Source: Candidatus Iainarchaeum sp. (lineage in GTDB: Archaea > Iainarchaeota > Iainarchaeia > Iainarchaeales > JAZDDZ01). From it: DNA of 64,000 nt. The stretch is from assembly GCA_043809245.1 (NCBI GenBank), contig JAZDDZ010000054.1:32001-96000 (forward strand), read 5' to 3'. Below, piece by piece: positions 18,847-28,361 of this stretch. The first letter of the stretch is position 1, and each line of letters opens with the position of its first letter. Under the pieces are notes generated by a model. It was not told where the DNA came from and ran no database searches. It worked only from the letters and a program-made list of their open reading frames with translations. Made by a program: the position numbers and the translations under genes.

Positions 18847-19299
18847 ATGATATTGGATAAAATCAGGGAAATTTCCGCAGGGCTGCTGAAAATAGGCAAA
18901 AGCAAGGTCTGGTTTGACTCAGAAAAGCTTGACCAGATAAAGGAAGCCATGACTAAAGAGGATGTCAGGGGCCTTATAGCGGAAAAAGCGATAGGGAAGA
19001 AAAAGCCCTCACAGCACAGCAGGGGAAGGGCAAGGGTCCTGCACCAGAAAAAGAAAAAGGGAAGAAAAAGGGGCTACGGCAAAAGAAAAGGCCTTCAAAG
19101 CGCGAGGGAGAAAACAAAGGAGAAATGGATGCTGCTCTCAAGGGCTTTGAGGAAAAAGCTCAAGGAAATGAAGGGCAAAAAGGAAAAATTGAAGGTGGAT
19201 TACAGGAAGCTTTATAATTTAAGCAAGGGCGGCTACTTTAAGGGAAAAAAATACCTTGAGGCTTACGCGCTTGGAAAAGAAACCAAGGAGAAAAAATAG
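18847..19299 (+). CDS. rpl19e: 50S ribosomal protein L19e
   Basis: G..KVW.D, SRGRAR, GRKRG.G.RKG, YR.LY...KGG.F. Confidence 0.96.
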   Translation: MILDKIREISAGLLKIGKSKVWFDSEKLDQIKEAMTKEDVRGLIAEKAIGKKKPSQHSRGRARVLHQKKKKGRKRGYGKRKGLQSAREKTKEKWMLLSRALRKKLKEMKGKKEKLKVDYRKLYNLSKGGYFKGKKYLEAYALGKETKEKK

Positions 19300-19321
19300 C
19301 AAAGGAAAGGAATGAATTGTT

Positions 19322-19837
19322 ATGACACATAAAACAACCTACACTATGCCCTTCAGAAGGAGAAGAGGGGAGAAAACAAATTACAAGAAAAGGCTTGCAT
19401 TGCTCAAGTCAGGCAAGCCAAGGCTTGTTGTCAGGAAAACTAACGCGAATTTTCTCGCGCAGATAGTGAAGTTCATGCCAAAGGGAGATGAAACAGTCGC
19501 ATCAGCGAATTCAAGCGAACTGAAAAAATTCGGCTGGAACAGCCATAAGGGAAATTTGCCCACCGCATACCTCGTTGGGTTTGCATGCGCACTCAAGGCA
19601 AAGAAAAAGGAAGTGAAAGAAGCAGTGCTTGACATAGGGCTTTATACGCCGGTGCACGGCTCAAGGGTTTTCGCGGCGCTCAAGGGCGCGGTTGACGCGG
19701 GCATGCAAATAGCGCTTGACGAAAAGGTTTTCCCGAAAGAGGAAAGGCTCAAAGGAAAGCACATAAGCGAAAAAATCGCGCAGGAATTCGAAAAGGCAAA
19801 AAAAGAGATTGAGTTAAAGATAGGTGAAGCGAAATGA
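19322..19837 (+). CDS. rpl18: 50S ribosomal protein L18 (uL18)
   Basis: FRRRR..KTNY.KRL.LLKS, N.P.AYL.G, LDIGL, FAALKGAVDAG. Confidence 0.97.
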   Translation: MTHKTTYTMPFRRRRGEKTNYKKRLALLKSGKPRLVVRKTNANFLAQIVKFMPKGDETVASANSSELKKFGWNSHKGNLPTAYLVGFACALKAKKKEVKEAVLDIGLYTPVHGSRVFAALKGAVDAGMQIALDEKVFPKEERLKGKHISEKIAQEFEKAKKEIELKIGEAK

Positions 19838-20649
19838 GTGAAAAAGAAAGCGCAAAAAAGAAGGAAGAAAAAGTGAAGACTGTGGAAGAAGAGGAAGCCG
19901 TTGAGGCGGTAGTGGAAGCCGTGGAACTGCCTGAAGCAGTTGCGGACGATGAAGAAATCGGAGAAAGGTTTGAGAGCCTTGACAAAAGAGACGAAAGGAT
20001 GAGGGCACTCGATAAATGGGTTCCGCGGACAGAGTTGGGGAGAAAAGTCAAGGACAAGGAGATAAGCTCCCTTGAAGAGGTGTTCCAGAAAAATTACAAG
20101 ATAATGGAGCCGCAGATAGTCGACTCTCTTTTGGGCGATGTACATGAAAAAATGATTGGCTTTACCAAGACCACAAGGGTTATTGCAGCTGGAAGGCAGT
20201 TTTCGTTCCGGGCAGCGGTTATTGTAGGGGATGGAAAGAGCTATGTCGGCGTTGGAACAGGAAAGGACCGCGAGAGATGGCCTGCAATAAGGAAAGCGGG
20301 AAAAAACGCAAAACTGCACTTGATTAAGGTAAGGAAAGGCTGCGGAAGCTGGGAGTGCACGTGCGGAACCTCGCATTCAGTGCCGTTCAAAGTTGAGGGA
20401 AGTTCCAGTTCAGTCAGGGTAATACTTTACCCTGCGCCAAAGGGAACAGGCCTTGTGATAGGCGACAAGGTAAAGGATGTTTTAAGGTTTGTCGGAATAC
20501 GGGATGTCTGGAGCGACACAAGGGGCAGCACGGATACAACACTTGACTTTGTGCAGGCGACAATCAATGCTTTAAGCAAGACAACCTCGATGAAGGTTTC
20601 AAATGACATCGAGGCAAAAACAAAGGGAAATGAAAGGGGAGAATACTAA
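19834..20649 (+). CDS. rps5: 30S ribosomal protein S5 (uS5) with acidic N-terminal extension
   Basis: WVPRT.LGR.VK, GCGSWEC.CG..HS.PF.V.G, PAPKG.GLV. Confidence 0.97.
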   Translation: MSEKESAKKKEEKVKTVEEEEAVEAVVEAVELPEAVADDEEIGERFESLDKRDERMRALDKWVPRTELGRKVKDKEISSLEEVFQKNYKIMEPQIVDSLLGDVHEKMIGFTKTTRVIAAGRQFSFRAAVIVGDGKSYVGVGTGKDRERWPAIRKAGKNAKLHLIKVRKGCGSWECTCGTSHSVPFKVEGSSSSVRVILYPAPKGTGLVIGDKVKDVLRFVGIRDVWSDTRGSTDTTLDFVQATINALSKTTSMKVSNDIEAKTKGNERGEY

Positions 20650-21116
20650 TGTTTGCAGTGATTAGAATCAGGGGCAGCGTTGACTTGAATTCCGAGAAAA
20701 AGAAAACCCTCGAATTTCTCAGGCTTGACAGGGTAAACCATTTGGTGCTTGTGCCGCAGACAGCGAGCATAAAGGGAATGGTGAAAAAAGTCGAGGACAC
20801 AGTAACCTTTGGGGAAATAAACGATGAAACCATTGGAAAGCTGATTGAGAAAAGGGGAAGAATGCAGGGAGACAAGATTTTCGGGACAGCGGGCTTGAAG
20901 AAGGCAGCTGGCAAGGCAAAGGACTTCAAGGAATTGGGCCTGGCATTGCTGCAGGGAAGGGTTTCACTTAAAGAACTGGGTTTGAAGCCAGTGTTCAGGC
21001 TCAGGCCGCCGAGAAAAGGCTTTGAAAGAAAGGGAATAAAGAGAAACTTTTCAATCGGGGGCGCAGCAGGTTACAGGGGAACGGAAATAAACAAATTAAT
21101 CGAGAAAATGATTTAA
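20649..21116 (+). CDS. rpl30: 50S ribosomal protein L30 (uL30)
   Basis: AVIRIRG, TL..LRL..VNH, PVFRL.PPRKG, G..GYRG..IN.L..M. Confidence 0.96.
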   Translation: MFAVIRIRGSVDLNSEKKKTLEFLRLDRVNHLVLVPQTASIKGMVKKVEDTVTFGEINDETIGKLIEKRGRMQGDKIFGTAGLKKAAGKAKDFKELGLALLQGRVSLKELGLKPVFRLRPPRKGFERKGIKRNFSIGGAAGYRGTEINKLIEKMI

Positions 21117-21141
21117 TGGAAAAATGCGTTTGGTGAAAAAA

Positions 21142-21639
21142 ATGACTGTAAGGAAGAGAAGAAAAGTAAACAAGATGCGCGGAAAAAGGCTGCATGGCGC
21201 CGGGGACACCAAGAACAGGCGCGGCTCTGGCTGCAGGGGCGGGGTAGGACGCGCGGGCAACCACAAGCACAAATTCACCAAATACTACATGGAATTCGGG
21301 ACAAAAATAACTCTGAAGGCAAAGCAAAAAGGCAAGGCAATCAACCTCGATGATTTGCAGAAAAACCTCGCGAAATGGATTGGCGAAAAAAAGGTTGAAA
21401 AGGCCTCGGGAACAATTGAGTTCGACGGAAAGAAAGTTGGCATTGCAAAAATCCTTTCAAGGGGAAGCATCAGCGAAAAAATTTCATTCAAAAACGTTTC
21501 ATTCAGCGAAAATGCAAGGCAAAAAGTGCTCGCTGCGGGCGGAAAAATCGAGGGCACGGCAAAAGAAGAAGGATTTGGCGAGGAAGACGATGACTTTGAG
21601 GCAGCCGGGGAAAACGAAGAGGGAAAAGCGGAGAAGTGA
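21142..21639 (+). CDS. rpl15: 50S ribosomal protein L15 (uL15)
   Basis: RG.R.HG.G..K.RRG.G.RGG.G.AG..KHK, KIL..G, A..K...AGG. Confidence 0.96.
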   Translation: MTVRKRRKVNKMRGKRLHGAGDTKNRRGSGCRGGVGRAGNHKHKFTKYYMEFGTKITLKAKQKGKAINLDDLQKNLAKWIGEKKVEKASGTIEFDGKKVGIAKILSRGSISEKISFKNVSFSENARQKVLAAGGKIEGTAKEEGFGEEDDDFEAAGENEEGKAEK

Positions 21640-21646
21640 AAATTGA

Positions 21647-23041
21647 ATGGGTTTCCTTGAATGGTTTGAACCGATTTACAGGCTTTTGCCCGAAGTAAAA
21701 AGCCCTGAAGTAAAGCCGACCCTGAAAAAAAGGCTGATGTGGACAGCACTTGCGCTTGTAATTTTTTACATAATGGGAAACATCCAGGTTATTGGGATAA
21801 CCGCTTCATCTGCAGGGCAGCTTGAGCAACTGCAGGTAATACTTGCATCCGAAATAGGAACACTGATTACGGTTGGAATTGGCCCAATTGTTTTGGCTTC
21901 AATTATTCTGCAGCTTTTGATTGGAGGCGGCCTGATTGACGCGGACTTGACTGACCCGAAAACAAAGGCAAGGTTCACTTCAATGCAGAAACTCATGGCC
22001 ATAGTGCTCTGCTTTTTTGAGTCAGCAATTTACGTCTTAAGCGGATTCATTGCCCCTGACCCGGGAATGCTTCTGTTTGTCGTATTACAGATTTCCTTGG
22101 GCGCAATATTATTGATTTACCTTGATGAAGTTGTTTCAAAGTACGGCATTGGTTCAGGCATTGGATTGTTCATTGCGGCAAACGTCGCGGGAAGCGTGTT
22201 CTGGAGGGTTTTCGCTCCGCCAATCGCTTTACAGGGCCAGCTCGCGGGCGGAATTTTAAGCCAGTTCATTGACTCTGTCGCAAGCGGAAGCATTAACCTG
22301 ATAATATTGCTGCCGTTGCTTTTCACGTTAATTGTTTTTGTCGTGGTAACATTCGCGGAAGGAATGCATGTGAACATTCCGCTCACGATGGGCCCTCGCG
22401 GAGTGGGCGGAAGGTTTCCCGTCAAATTCCTTTACGTTTCAAACATTCCAGTCATACTTGCAGCAGCGCTATTCGCTAATTTGCGGCTGTGGGCAGAGTT
22501 CACTAAAACCGTGCCAGTATTGGGGTATGTGTTAAATGGAGTTGCTACAATTGTTGTCGCGCCTTACGGCCTGATTGAAAAAATGCTTTTACAGGGAGTT
22601 TCATTTGACGTTTTCGGGCAAATGCTTGACAGCATATTGAAATTACAGATAATAGGGCTTGGAGGCGAAATAATACACGCGATCCTCTACATAATTATTT
22701 TGACTGTGCTTTGTGTTGTTTTCGGAAAATTCTGGGTTGACATGGGCGGACAGGGCACTGAAGCCGTGAGCAACCAATTGCAGAAAGCGGGAATGAGCAT
22801 CCCAGGTTTCAGGAAGGACCCGCGCATTATAAGGAAAGTGCTTGAAAGGTACATTCCCCCTGTAACTGTTTTGGGCTCGATTTTCGTGGGGTTGCTTGCT
22901 GGCTTTGCGGACTTGACAGGCGCGCTTGGCTCAGGCACAGGCATACTGCTAACGGTTGGAATTGTTTACAGGCTTTACGAGGACCTTGCAAAAGAGCAGG
23001 TTGCGGAAATGTACCCAATGCTTGGAAGGTTTTTCACTTGA
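21647..23041 (+). CDS. secY: Preprotein translocase subunit SecY/Sec61-alpha
   Basis: GI.PIV.ASII.QLL, SKYG.GSGI.LFIA, YVSNIPVIL, IPGFR.D.R, GTGILLTV.I. Confidence 0.98.
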   Translation: MGFLEWFEPIYRLLPEVKSPEVKPTLKKRLMWTALALVIFYIMGNIQVIGITASSAGQLEQLQVILASEIGTLITVGIGPIVLASIILQLLIGGGLIDADLTDPKTKARFTSMQKLMAIVLCFFESAIYVLSGFIAPDPGMLLFVVLQISLGAILLIYLDEVVSKYGIGSGIGLFIAANVAGSVFWRVFAPPIALQGQLAGGILSQFIDSVASGSINLIILLPLLFTLIVFVVVTFAEGMHVNIPLTMGPRGVGGRFPVKFLYVSNIPVILAAALFANLRLWAEFTKTVPVLGYVLNGVATIVVAPYGLIEKMLLQGVSFDVFGQMLDSILKLQIIGLGGEIIHAILYIIILTVLCVVFGKFWVDMGGQGTEAVSNQLQKAGMSIPGFRKDPRIIRKVLERYIPPVTVLGSIFVGLLAGFADLTGALGSGTGILLTVGIVYRLYEDLAKEQVAEMYPMLGRFFT

Positions 23042-23183
23042 ACGAGGAAGGGGAATTGATTGGAATAAGGGAAATTTTTAATGAAAGGGGCATGGGTTTA
23101 ATAATGAATGGCAGCAAAAATAATTATACGCAAATAACGCCATTTTGCTTCAAATCCCCCGTTAAATGGCTTAAAAAGGTGGT

Positions 23184-23678
23184 TTGCTGATGGTTATTTT
23201 CTCCCCAATCATAGACATTGCATTGGTTGCCTTTGGCTTGGCATTGGTTTCAATGGTCCTGCAGGTGAAGCTTTTCAAGAAAAGGGAGAAGGCATTAATT
23301 CAGAAAAAAATCAAGGAAATACAGAAAAAAATAAGCGAGCTCACAAAAAAAGGCGGGGACAAAAAGGAAATTGACAGGCTGCAGGAGGAAATGTTAAAGC
23401 TGTTGAACGAGCAGATGAAGGACATGCCAAAGCAGATGATTGTCTCAATGATAATCTTCCTTCCCCCATTTTACTTCATCCGCGAAATTTACGGAAACAG
23501 CATTCACATGCTGCATCCTTTCGGCCTTGACATACCCCTTTTTGGAACAACAATGGGCTGGTTTGAGGTGTACATAATTTGCTCGCTTATCTCGAGCCTT
23601 GTGCTGAATGCAATTGTTGACGCTTACGAGAAAAATAAAGTAAAAAATGAAAACGGAAACAAAATTGTTAAGGGATAA
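23184..23678 (+). CDS. DUF106 / EMC3-TMCO1 (Oxa1-superfamily) membrane protein
   Basis: TM, coiled coil, two TMs with GW..Y.I.S; conserved slot between secY and rpl34e. Confidence 0.85.
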   Translation: MLMVIFSPIIDIALVAFGLALVSMVLQVKLFKKREKALIQKKIKEIQKKISELTKKGGDKKEIDRLQEEMLKLLNEQMKDMPKQMIVSMIIFLPPFYFIREIYGNSIHMLHPFGLDIPLFGTTMGWFEVYIICSLISSLVLNAIVDAYEKNKVKNENGNKIVKG

Positions 23679-23681
23679 TTG

Positions 23682-24023
23682 ATGCCGAGAAGAAGCCAAA
23701 GGTCAAAGAGCAAAAAGTTCAGGAAGACTCCTGGGGGAAAAACAAAGACGCATTACTTTAAGGGCAAGGGAAGCAAGCACGAGTGCGCTTCATGCGGAAA
23801 GCAATTGCACGGAGTGCCGCATTCAAGGAAAAACTTTGAGGTAAGGAACCTTTCGAAAAGCCAGAGAAGGCCAAGCGCATTGTTCGGCGGCGTGCTCTGC
23901 GGAAAATGCAGGCGCATTGTTGTAGAGGAAACCGCAAAAGTAAAGCACGGATTGAAGGAAGCGGGGGATGTTTCGCTTTCGTTGAAAAAATTCGTGGAAC
24001 AGGCAATGAAAAAAGTTGATTAA
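23682..24023 (+). CDS. rpl34e: 50S ribosomal protein L34e
   Basis: KTPGG, C..CG..L.GV, KSQRRP...GG.LC..C. Confidence 0.93.
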   Translation: MPRRSQRSKSKKFRKTPGGKTKTHYFKGKGSKHECASCGKQLHGVPHSRKNFEVRNLSKSQRRPSALFGGVLCGKCRRIVVEETAKVKHGLKEAGDVSLSLKKFVEQAMKKVD

Positions 24024-24027
24024 GGGA

Positions 24028-24261
24028 ATGTTTATGGCTGGAGCAATAGAGATTGGAAGCATTTGCGTTAAGACCACTGGCAGAAGCGCGGGAAAAACCG
24101 CTGTAGTGGTTGACTTTGACAAGGAAGGCTTTGCGGTTATTGACGGCACTGCGCTGAAAAGAAAAAAATGCAATATAAGGCATTTATTGCCCACTGGAAA
24201 AAAAGTTGAGATAAAAAAAGGCGCCTCGCACGAAGAAGTGGTTAAAAAATTAAAGGGGTAA
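24028..24261 (+). CDS. rpl14e: 50S ribosomal protein L14e
   Basis: IG.ICVKT.GR.AG...VVVD, KRKKCNI.HL.PT. Confidence 0.93.
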   Translation: MFMAGAIEIGSICVKTTGRSAGKTAVVVDFDKEGFAVIDGTALKRKKCNIRHLLPTGKKVEIKKGASHEEVVKKLKG

Positions 24262-24270
24262 TTGGTTTTT

Positions 24271-24900
24271 ATGGCTGAAGAAAAACAGGAAAAGAAAGGC
24301 GCACAGCAGAAAGACGGGGGCCAGCGCCAGCACAAGCAGCCTTACTCAAAAGACCTGAGGCTCAGGGCAAGGGACACAGAAGACAAGGATGTTAGGTACA
24401 TTGTCAGAATTGCGGGAAAGGACCTTGACGGAAGCCTTCCGGTTTACCATGCGGTTCAGTCAATTAAGGGAATAGGCCAGAGAATGGGAAAAATAATCGC
24501 ATTTGCGTTTGAAAAGGAATCAGGCATTGGCTCTGAAACTCCTTTGGGAAAAATTCCCGAAGACAAGGACAAGGCATTGGAGGAAATAGTTCTGCATCCC
24601 GAGAAATTCGGGGCGCCTTCATGGACACTTAACAAGCGCAGGGACTTTGAAACAGGCTTGGACTGGCACCCTGTAATGAACGACTGGGATTTTGGAATAA
24701 GAAAAGACGTGCAGAGAATGGCGGAGACAAAATCTTACAAGGGATTAAGGCACATGTGGGGCCAGCCAGTGAGAGGGCAAAGGACAAAGAGCACGCACAG
24801 GGGCAAAGGCCCTGTTGTAGGGGTAATGAAGAAAGACGCAGGCAAGCCAGGCGCCGCGGCAGCACCCGGGGCAAAAGGCGAAAAGGAAAAAAAGAAATAA
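24271..24900 (+). CDS. rps13: 30S ribosomal protein S13 (uS13)
   Basis: RYIVRIAG.DLDG, IKGIG, SYKG.RH..G.PVRGQRTKS. Confidence 0.97.
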   Translation: MAEEKQEKKGAQQKDGGQRQHKQPYSKDLRLRARDTEDKDVRYIVRIAGKDLDGSLPVYHAVQSIKGIGQRMGKIIAFAFEKESGIGSETPLGKIPEDKDKALEEIVLHPEKFGAPSWTLNKRRDFETGLDWHPVMNDWDFGIRKDVQRMAETKSYKGLRHMWGQPVRGQRTKSTHRGKGPVVGVMKKDAGKPGAAAAPGAKGEKEKKK

Positions 24901-24911
24901 AAAAAGGAGCT

Positions 24912-24990
24912 AAGATGAAATAAAAATCTGCGGAGGAAGGGGGTCAGGAAGACCCTGAAACTGGGGGGAAACCCTAGGTTTCCCGCGGTT
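24912..24990 (+). repeat. Dispersed 79-bp hairpin element, copy B (rps13-rps4)
   Basis: AAGATGAAATAAAAATCTGCGGAGGAAGGGGGTCAGGAAGACCCTGAAACTGGGGGGAAACCCTAGGTTTCCCGCGGTT. Confidence 0.8.
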
Positions 24991-25017
24991 TGGAAGGAAA
25001 AGAAAAAGTGATGATTT

Positions 25018-25650
25018 ATGGGCGACCCGAAAAAAACCTCAAGGCAGTATGAAAGGCCGAAAAAAAGATGGCAGAAGCAGAGGATAGAGAGCGAGAAGAA
25101 GATACTTGAAATCTACGGCCTGAAAAACAAAAGGGAATTAAGGAGAGCCGAGACAATTTTAAGGAAGAAAAGGCAGAGCGCAAGAAAGCTCCTTGCATTG
25201 CCTTTGGAGAAAAGGGAGAAAAAGGAACGCGAACTCGTTGAAAGCCTGATTAGAATGGGGCTGTTCAAGGCAAAGGCAACAGCCGACGACATCTTAAGCC
25301 TTTCAATTGAGGAACTTCTTGAGAGAAGGCTGCAGACAATCATCTGGAGAAAAAACCTGGCAAAGACAGTCAAGCAGGCAAGGCAGTTCATCGCCCATGG
25401 GCACATTGCGGTTAACGGAGTAAAGACAACAAGCCCGAGCTACATTGTAAGGCACGGCGAAGAGGCAAAAATAGCCTATTACAAGAGGCCGATAATGCTT
25501 GAACCCCCAAAAAAAGACTCAAAGGAAAAAATGAAGAAAGCATTCGAGGAAGCAGCGCCCGCAGCAATTGAAGCCGCAGAGGAAGCAAAGGCAGGGGCAG
25601 TTGAAGCCGCGGCTGAAAAGAAAGAAACTCCTGTGGAGGCAAAGCAATGA
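25018..25650 (+). CDS. rps4: 30S ribosomal protein S4 (uS4)
   Basis: [30 protein letters not shown]. Confidence 0.98.
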   Translation: MGDPKKTSRQYERPKKRWQKQRIESEKKILEIYGLKNKRELRRAETILRKKRQSARKLLALPLEKREKKERELVESLIRMGLFKAKATADDILSLSIEELLERRLQTIIWRKNLAKTVKQARQFIAHGHIAVNGVKTTSPSYIVRHGEEAKIAYYKRPIMLEPPKKDSKEKMKKAFEEAAPAAIEAAEEAKAGAVEAAAEKKETPVEAKQ

Positions 25651-26039
25651 GCGACAAAATAAAGCGCGGAATAATCCACATTTACGCATCGCACAACAAC
25701 ACAATTATTTTGCTTACAGACCCCACTGGAGCGGAAACGATTGCAAAGTGCTCCGGGGGCATGGTTGTAAAGGCACAGCACAAAGAGGGCTCCCCTTATG
25801 CTGCAATGAAGGTAGCGGAAATCGTGGCGGAAAAGGCAAGGGAAAAAGGGATAACTAATGTCAAGATAAGGGTCAGGGCACAGGGAGGCATCAAGCCCCG
25901 TTCACCAGGCCAGGGCGCCGAGGCCGCAATTGTTTCGCTTACAAGGCACGGAATGATGATAGAGGACATTGAAAATGTCACGCCTTTGCCTCACGACGGC
26001 TGCAGGAGAAAAAAAAGGAACAGGAGCAAAAAAACTTAA
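25647..26039 (+). CDS. rps11: 30S ribosomal protein S11 (uS11)
   Basis: HIYAS.NNTI...TD.TGAET, SPYAAM, PG.GA..AI, I..VTP.PHDG.R. Confidence 0.98.
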   Translation: MSDKIKRGIIHIYASHNNTIILLTDPTGAETIAKCSGGMVVKAQHKEGSPYAAMKVAEIVAEKAREKGITNVKIRVRAQGGIKPRSPGQGAEAAIVSLTRHGMMIEDIENVTPLPHDGCRRKKRNRSKKT

Positions 26040-26077
26040 TTGCAAATAAAAATGCATGAAAATTATTTGAAGGTGAA

Positions 26078-26659
26078 ATGAAAATGGAAGTAAAAGTTGT
26101 TTCGGATAAGGGCGCAATGCTGAAGTTCTCGGTTAAGGGAACTGATTCCGCGTTCGCGAACGCGTTGAGGAGAACTGTAATGAACAACGTGCCGGTTTTC
26201 GCGATAGAGGATGTCTCGTTTTACGAGAACAGCGGCGTGGTATTCGATGAAATGCTTGCGCACAGGCTTGCACTGCTGCCAATCAAAATGGATTTAAAGC
26301 ACTACAAGGAAGGCGAAAGCGTCACAATGATGCTTGAAAAGGAAGGCCCTGGAATGGTGTACAGCAAGGACGTGAAAAGCACTGACCCCAAAATAGAGGT
26401 CATAGACAAAAGGATTCCCCTCACAAAGCTCAAAAAAGGGCAGAAGCTAAAGATTGAAATGAAGGCAGTGGCTGGAGTGGGAAAAGAGCACGCCAAATGG
26501 CAGCCCGCAATAATCGCTTACGAACAGCACGGCGAGGACGCATTCACTTTCATGATGGAAAGCCACGGCAACCTCGACAACGGGGAAACAGTGAAGGCGG
26601 CAGTTGAAAGGTTAAGGGAGAAAACCGCGGAATTCAAGAAAGCATTAAAAGACATCTGA
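26078..26659 (+). CDS. rpoD: RNA polymerase subunit D (Rpo3), short form without the Cys-rich Fe-S insert
   Basis: ANALRR...VP..AI.DV...EN....DE.LAHRL.L.P, G.G..HAKWQP. Confidence 0.95.
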   Translation: MKMEVKVVSDKGAMLKFSVKGTDSAFANALRRTVMNNVPVFAIEDVSFYENSGVVFDEMLAHRLALLPIKMDLKHYKEGESVTMMLEKEGPGMVYSKDVKSTDPKIEVIDKRIPLTKLKKGQKLKIEMKAVAGVGKEHAKWQPAIIAYEQHGEDAFTFMMESHGNLDNGETVKAAVERLREKTAEFKKALKDI

Positions 26660-26680
26660 GGTGGAAGATAGTTAGGCAAT

Positions 26681-26816
26681 GCAGGGGTACCGAAGCGGCT
26701 AAACGGGCGGGACTTAAGATGCTTGCAGGAAAAATTGCAATTGTTTTTTTTAAGCAGAAAAGCGGAGGAAATCCCGTGGCTTAGTGCCTTCAGCGGTTCG
26801 AATCCGCTCCCCTGCA
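26681..26816 (+). tRNA. tRNA-Leu(TAA) with 52-nt intron at canonical 37/38 position (26719-26770); CCA not encoded
   Basis: Acceptor GCAGGGG/CCCCTGC, anticodon stem CGGGA/TCCCG around CT-TAA-G, long variable arm, T-arm AGCGG-TTCGAAT-CCGCT, discriminator A. Confidence 0.9.
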
Positions 26817-26859
26817 AAAAAAAACCATTAAAAGGAAAAATGAAAAAAAGTGAAATGAA

Positions 26860-27228
26860 ATGAAGAGAACAGGCCCCACCAAGAAAAGCATGAGAGAGCT
26901 TGTCGTTGCCTTTGAAAAAAAAGGCAAAAAGGAAAAGCAGGCAATCTGGCTAAGGGTATCGAAAATGGTTAACGCGCCCAGAAGGAAAAGGGCAGAGGTA
27001 AGCCTCTGGCGCATTGAAGGCCTGGCGAAAAAAGCAAAGGGAAAAACGCTTGTGGTTGCGGGAAAGGTAATAGGCTCGGGCGCGCTCGGCGAAAAAATGA
27101 GCATCGCGGCGCTTGAATTCAGTTCCGGGGCAAAAAAAGCAATTGAAGATGCAAAGGGAAAGACCATTGACTTGGCGCAGTATGTCACTGAAAAAGTGAA
27201 TGCCGCGGAATTAAAGTTAGTGAAATGA
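26860..27228 (+). CDS. rpl18e: 50S ribosomal protein L18e
   Basis: TGPT, IW..V......RR.R.EV, VV.GKV.G.G, AA..FS..A. Confidence 0.95.
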   Translation: MKRTGPTKKSMRELVVAFEKKGKKEKQAIWLRVSKMVNAPRRKRAEVSLWRIEGLAKKAKGKTLVVAGKVIGSGALGEKMSIAALEFSSGAKKAIEDAKGKTIDLAQYVTEKVNAAELKLVK

Positions 27229-27247
27229 GAAAAAGGTTTTGATGCTT

Positions 27248-27679
27248 ATGGACGGAGAAGTAATTGATGGCACGAATGCCGTGCTTGGAAGGCTTTCATC
27301 GATTGTGGCATCAAAGGCGCTTAAGGGAGAAAAGGTCCTGATAGTGAATGCGGAAAAAATAGTGGTTAGCGGGAAAAAGGAGATTCACTTTGCGGATTTC
27401 CAGCACAAGATTGACCTGAAGTCAAAGGGAAACCCGAGGAAAGGCCCGAAGTATTCGAGGACTCCGCATAAAATGGTTAAGAAAACAATTGAGGGAATGA
27501 TGCCCAACAGCAGGAGAGGCGAAAAAGCGATAAAAAACGTAAGGGTATTCATCGGCGTGCCGGAAGAGCTCAAGGGAAAGGAAAACGAAATAAAAAAGCT
27601 GCCGGGAACGGAAAGGAAGTTCAAGGCAAAATACATTACGATTGGCGAGTTAAGCGAACACTTTGGAATGAAATGGTGA
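27248..27679 (+). CDS. rpl13: 50S ribosomal protein L13 (uL13)
   Basis: IDG...VLGRL.S.VA, VNAEK.V.SG, GP...R.P, V..GVP. Confidence 0.95.
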   Translation: MDGEVIDGTNAVLGRLSSIVASKALKGEKVLIVNAEKIVVSGKKEIHFADFQHKIDLKSKGNPRKGPKYSRTPHKMVKKTIEGMMPNSRRGEKAIKNVRVFIGVPEELKGKENEIKKLPGTERKFKAKYITIGELSEHFGMKW

Positions 27680-27683
27680 AAAT

Positions 27684-28109
27684 ATGCCGAAAAAGAAAAG
27701 AAAATCAAAGGCAAAGGGAATCCATGTAAAGGCAAAGAAAAAGGAGGCCGTTGCAAGGGCGACAATAAAGGCCGGAAAAGGCATCGTGAAAGTAAACCAC
27801 CTGGCAATTGACGCGATTACCCCGCACTACGTGCATGAACTTATTAAGGAACCAATTTACATTGCAGGGGACTTGTGCAACGGAGTTGACATAATTGTTG
27901 AGGTAAGGGGCGGGGGATTCATGGGCCAGGCGATTGCAGCAAGGGGCGCAATTGCAAAGGCACTGGTTGAATTCACGGGTGACGAAAAACTCCGCAAAAC
28001 TTTTATGAATTATGACAGGCTATTGCTTGTGGATGACGCGAGAAGAGTGGAATCCAAGAAGCCGCTTGGTCCAAAGGCAAGGGCAAAGAAGCAGAAAAGC
28101 AAAAGATGA
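27684..28109 (+). CDS. rps9: 30S ribosomal protein S9 (uS9)
   Basis: K.A.ARA....G.G, V.GGG..GQA.A, YDR.LLV.D.R..E.KK..G..AR...QKS.R. Confidence 0.97.
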   Translation: MPKKKRKSKAKGIHVKAKKKEAVARATIKAGKGIVKVNHLAIDAITPHYVHELIKEPIYIAGDLCNGVDIIVEVRGGGFMGQAIAARGAIAKALVEFTGDEKLRKTFMNYDRLLLVDDARRVESKKPLGPKARAKKQKSKR

Positions 28110-28139
28110 CGAAAGGGTTTTTTTAGGGGTGAAAGGAAA

Positions 28140-28337
28140 ATGATTGTTCCAATAAGGTGTTTTTCATGTGGAAAAGTCCTGGCACAGGACTACGAGGAAT
28201 ACGTGAAAAGGACCTCTGAAAAAAAGGAGACACCGGAAAAAGTGCTCGACGAACTGGGCATTAAAAGGTATTGCTGCAGGCGCACGATTTTCTCGCACGT
28301 CGACTTAATCGACGAGATAATGAAGTACAACGTTTAA
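28140..28337 (+). CDS. rpoN: RNA polymerase subunit N (Rpo10)
   Basis: [12 protein letters not shown]...LD.LG..RYCCRR. Confidence 0.97.
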   Translation: MIVPIRCFSCGKVLAQDYEEYVKRTSEKKETPEKVLDELGIKRYCCRRTIFSHVDLIDEIMKYNV

Positions 28338-28361
28338 CGGTTTAACAGACGGTGAAAAAAA

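Noticed and set aside
23044-23056. GAGGAAGGGGAAT after secY resembling the middle of the hairpin element
   Set aside because: Short purine match with no AAGAT start and no hairpin.
24912-24990. Element as a C/D-box sRNA (GATGA, CTGA)
   Set aside because: GATGA is absent from copies A and C, and CTGA is absent from copy C.
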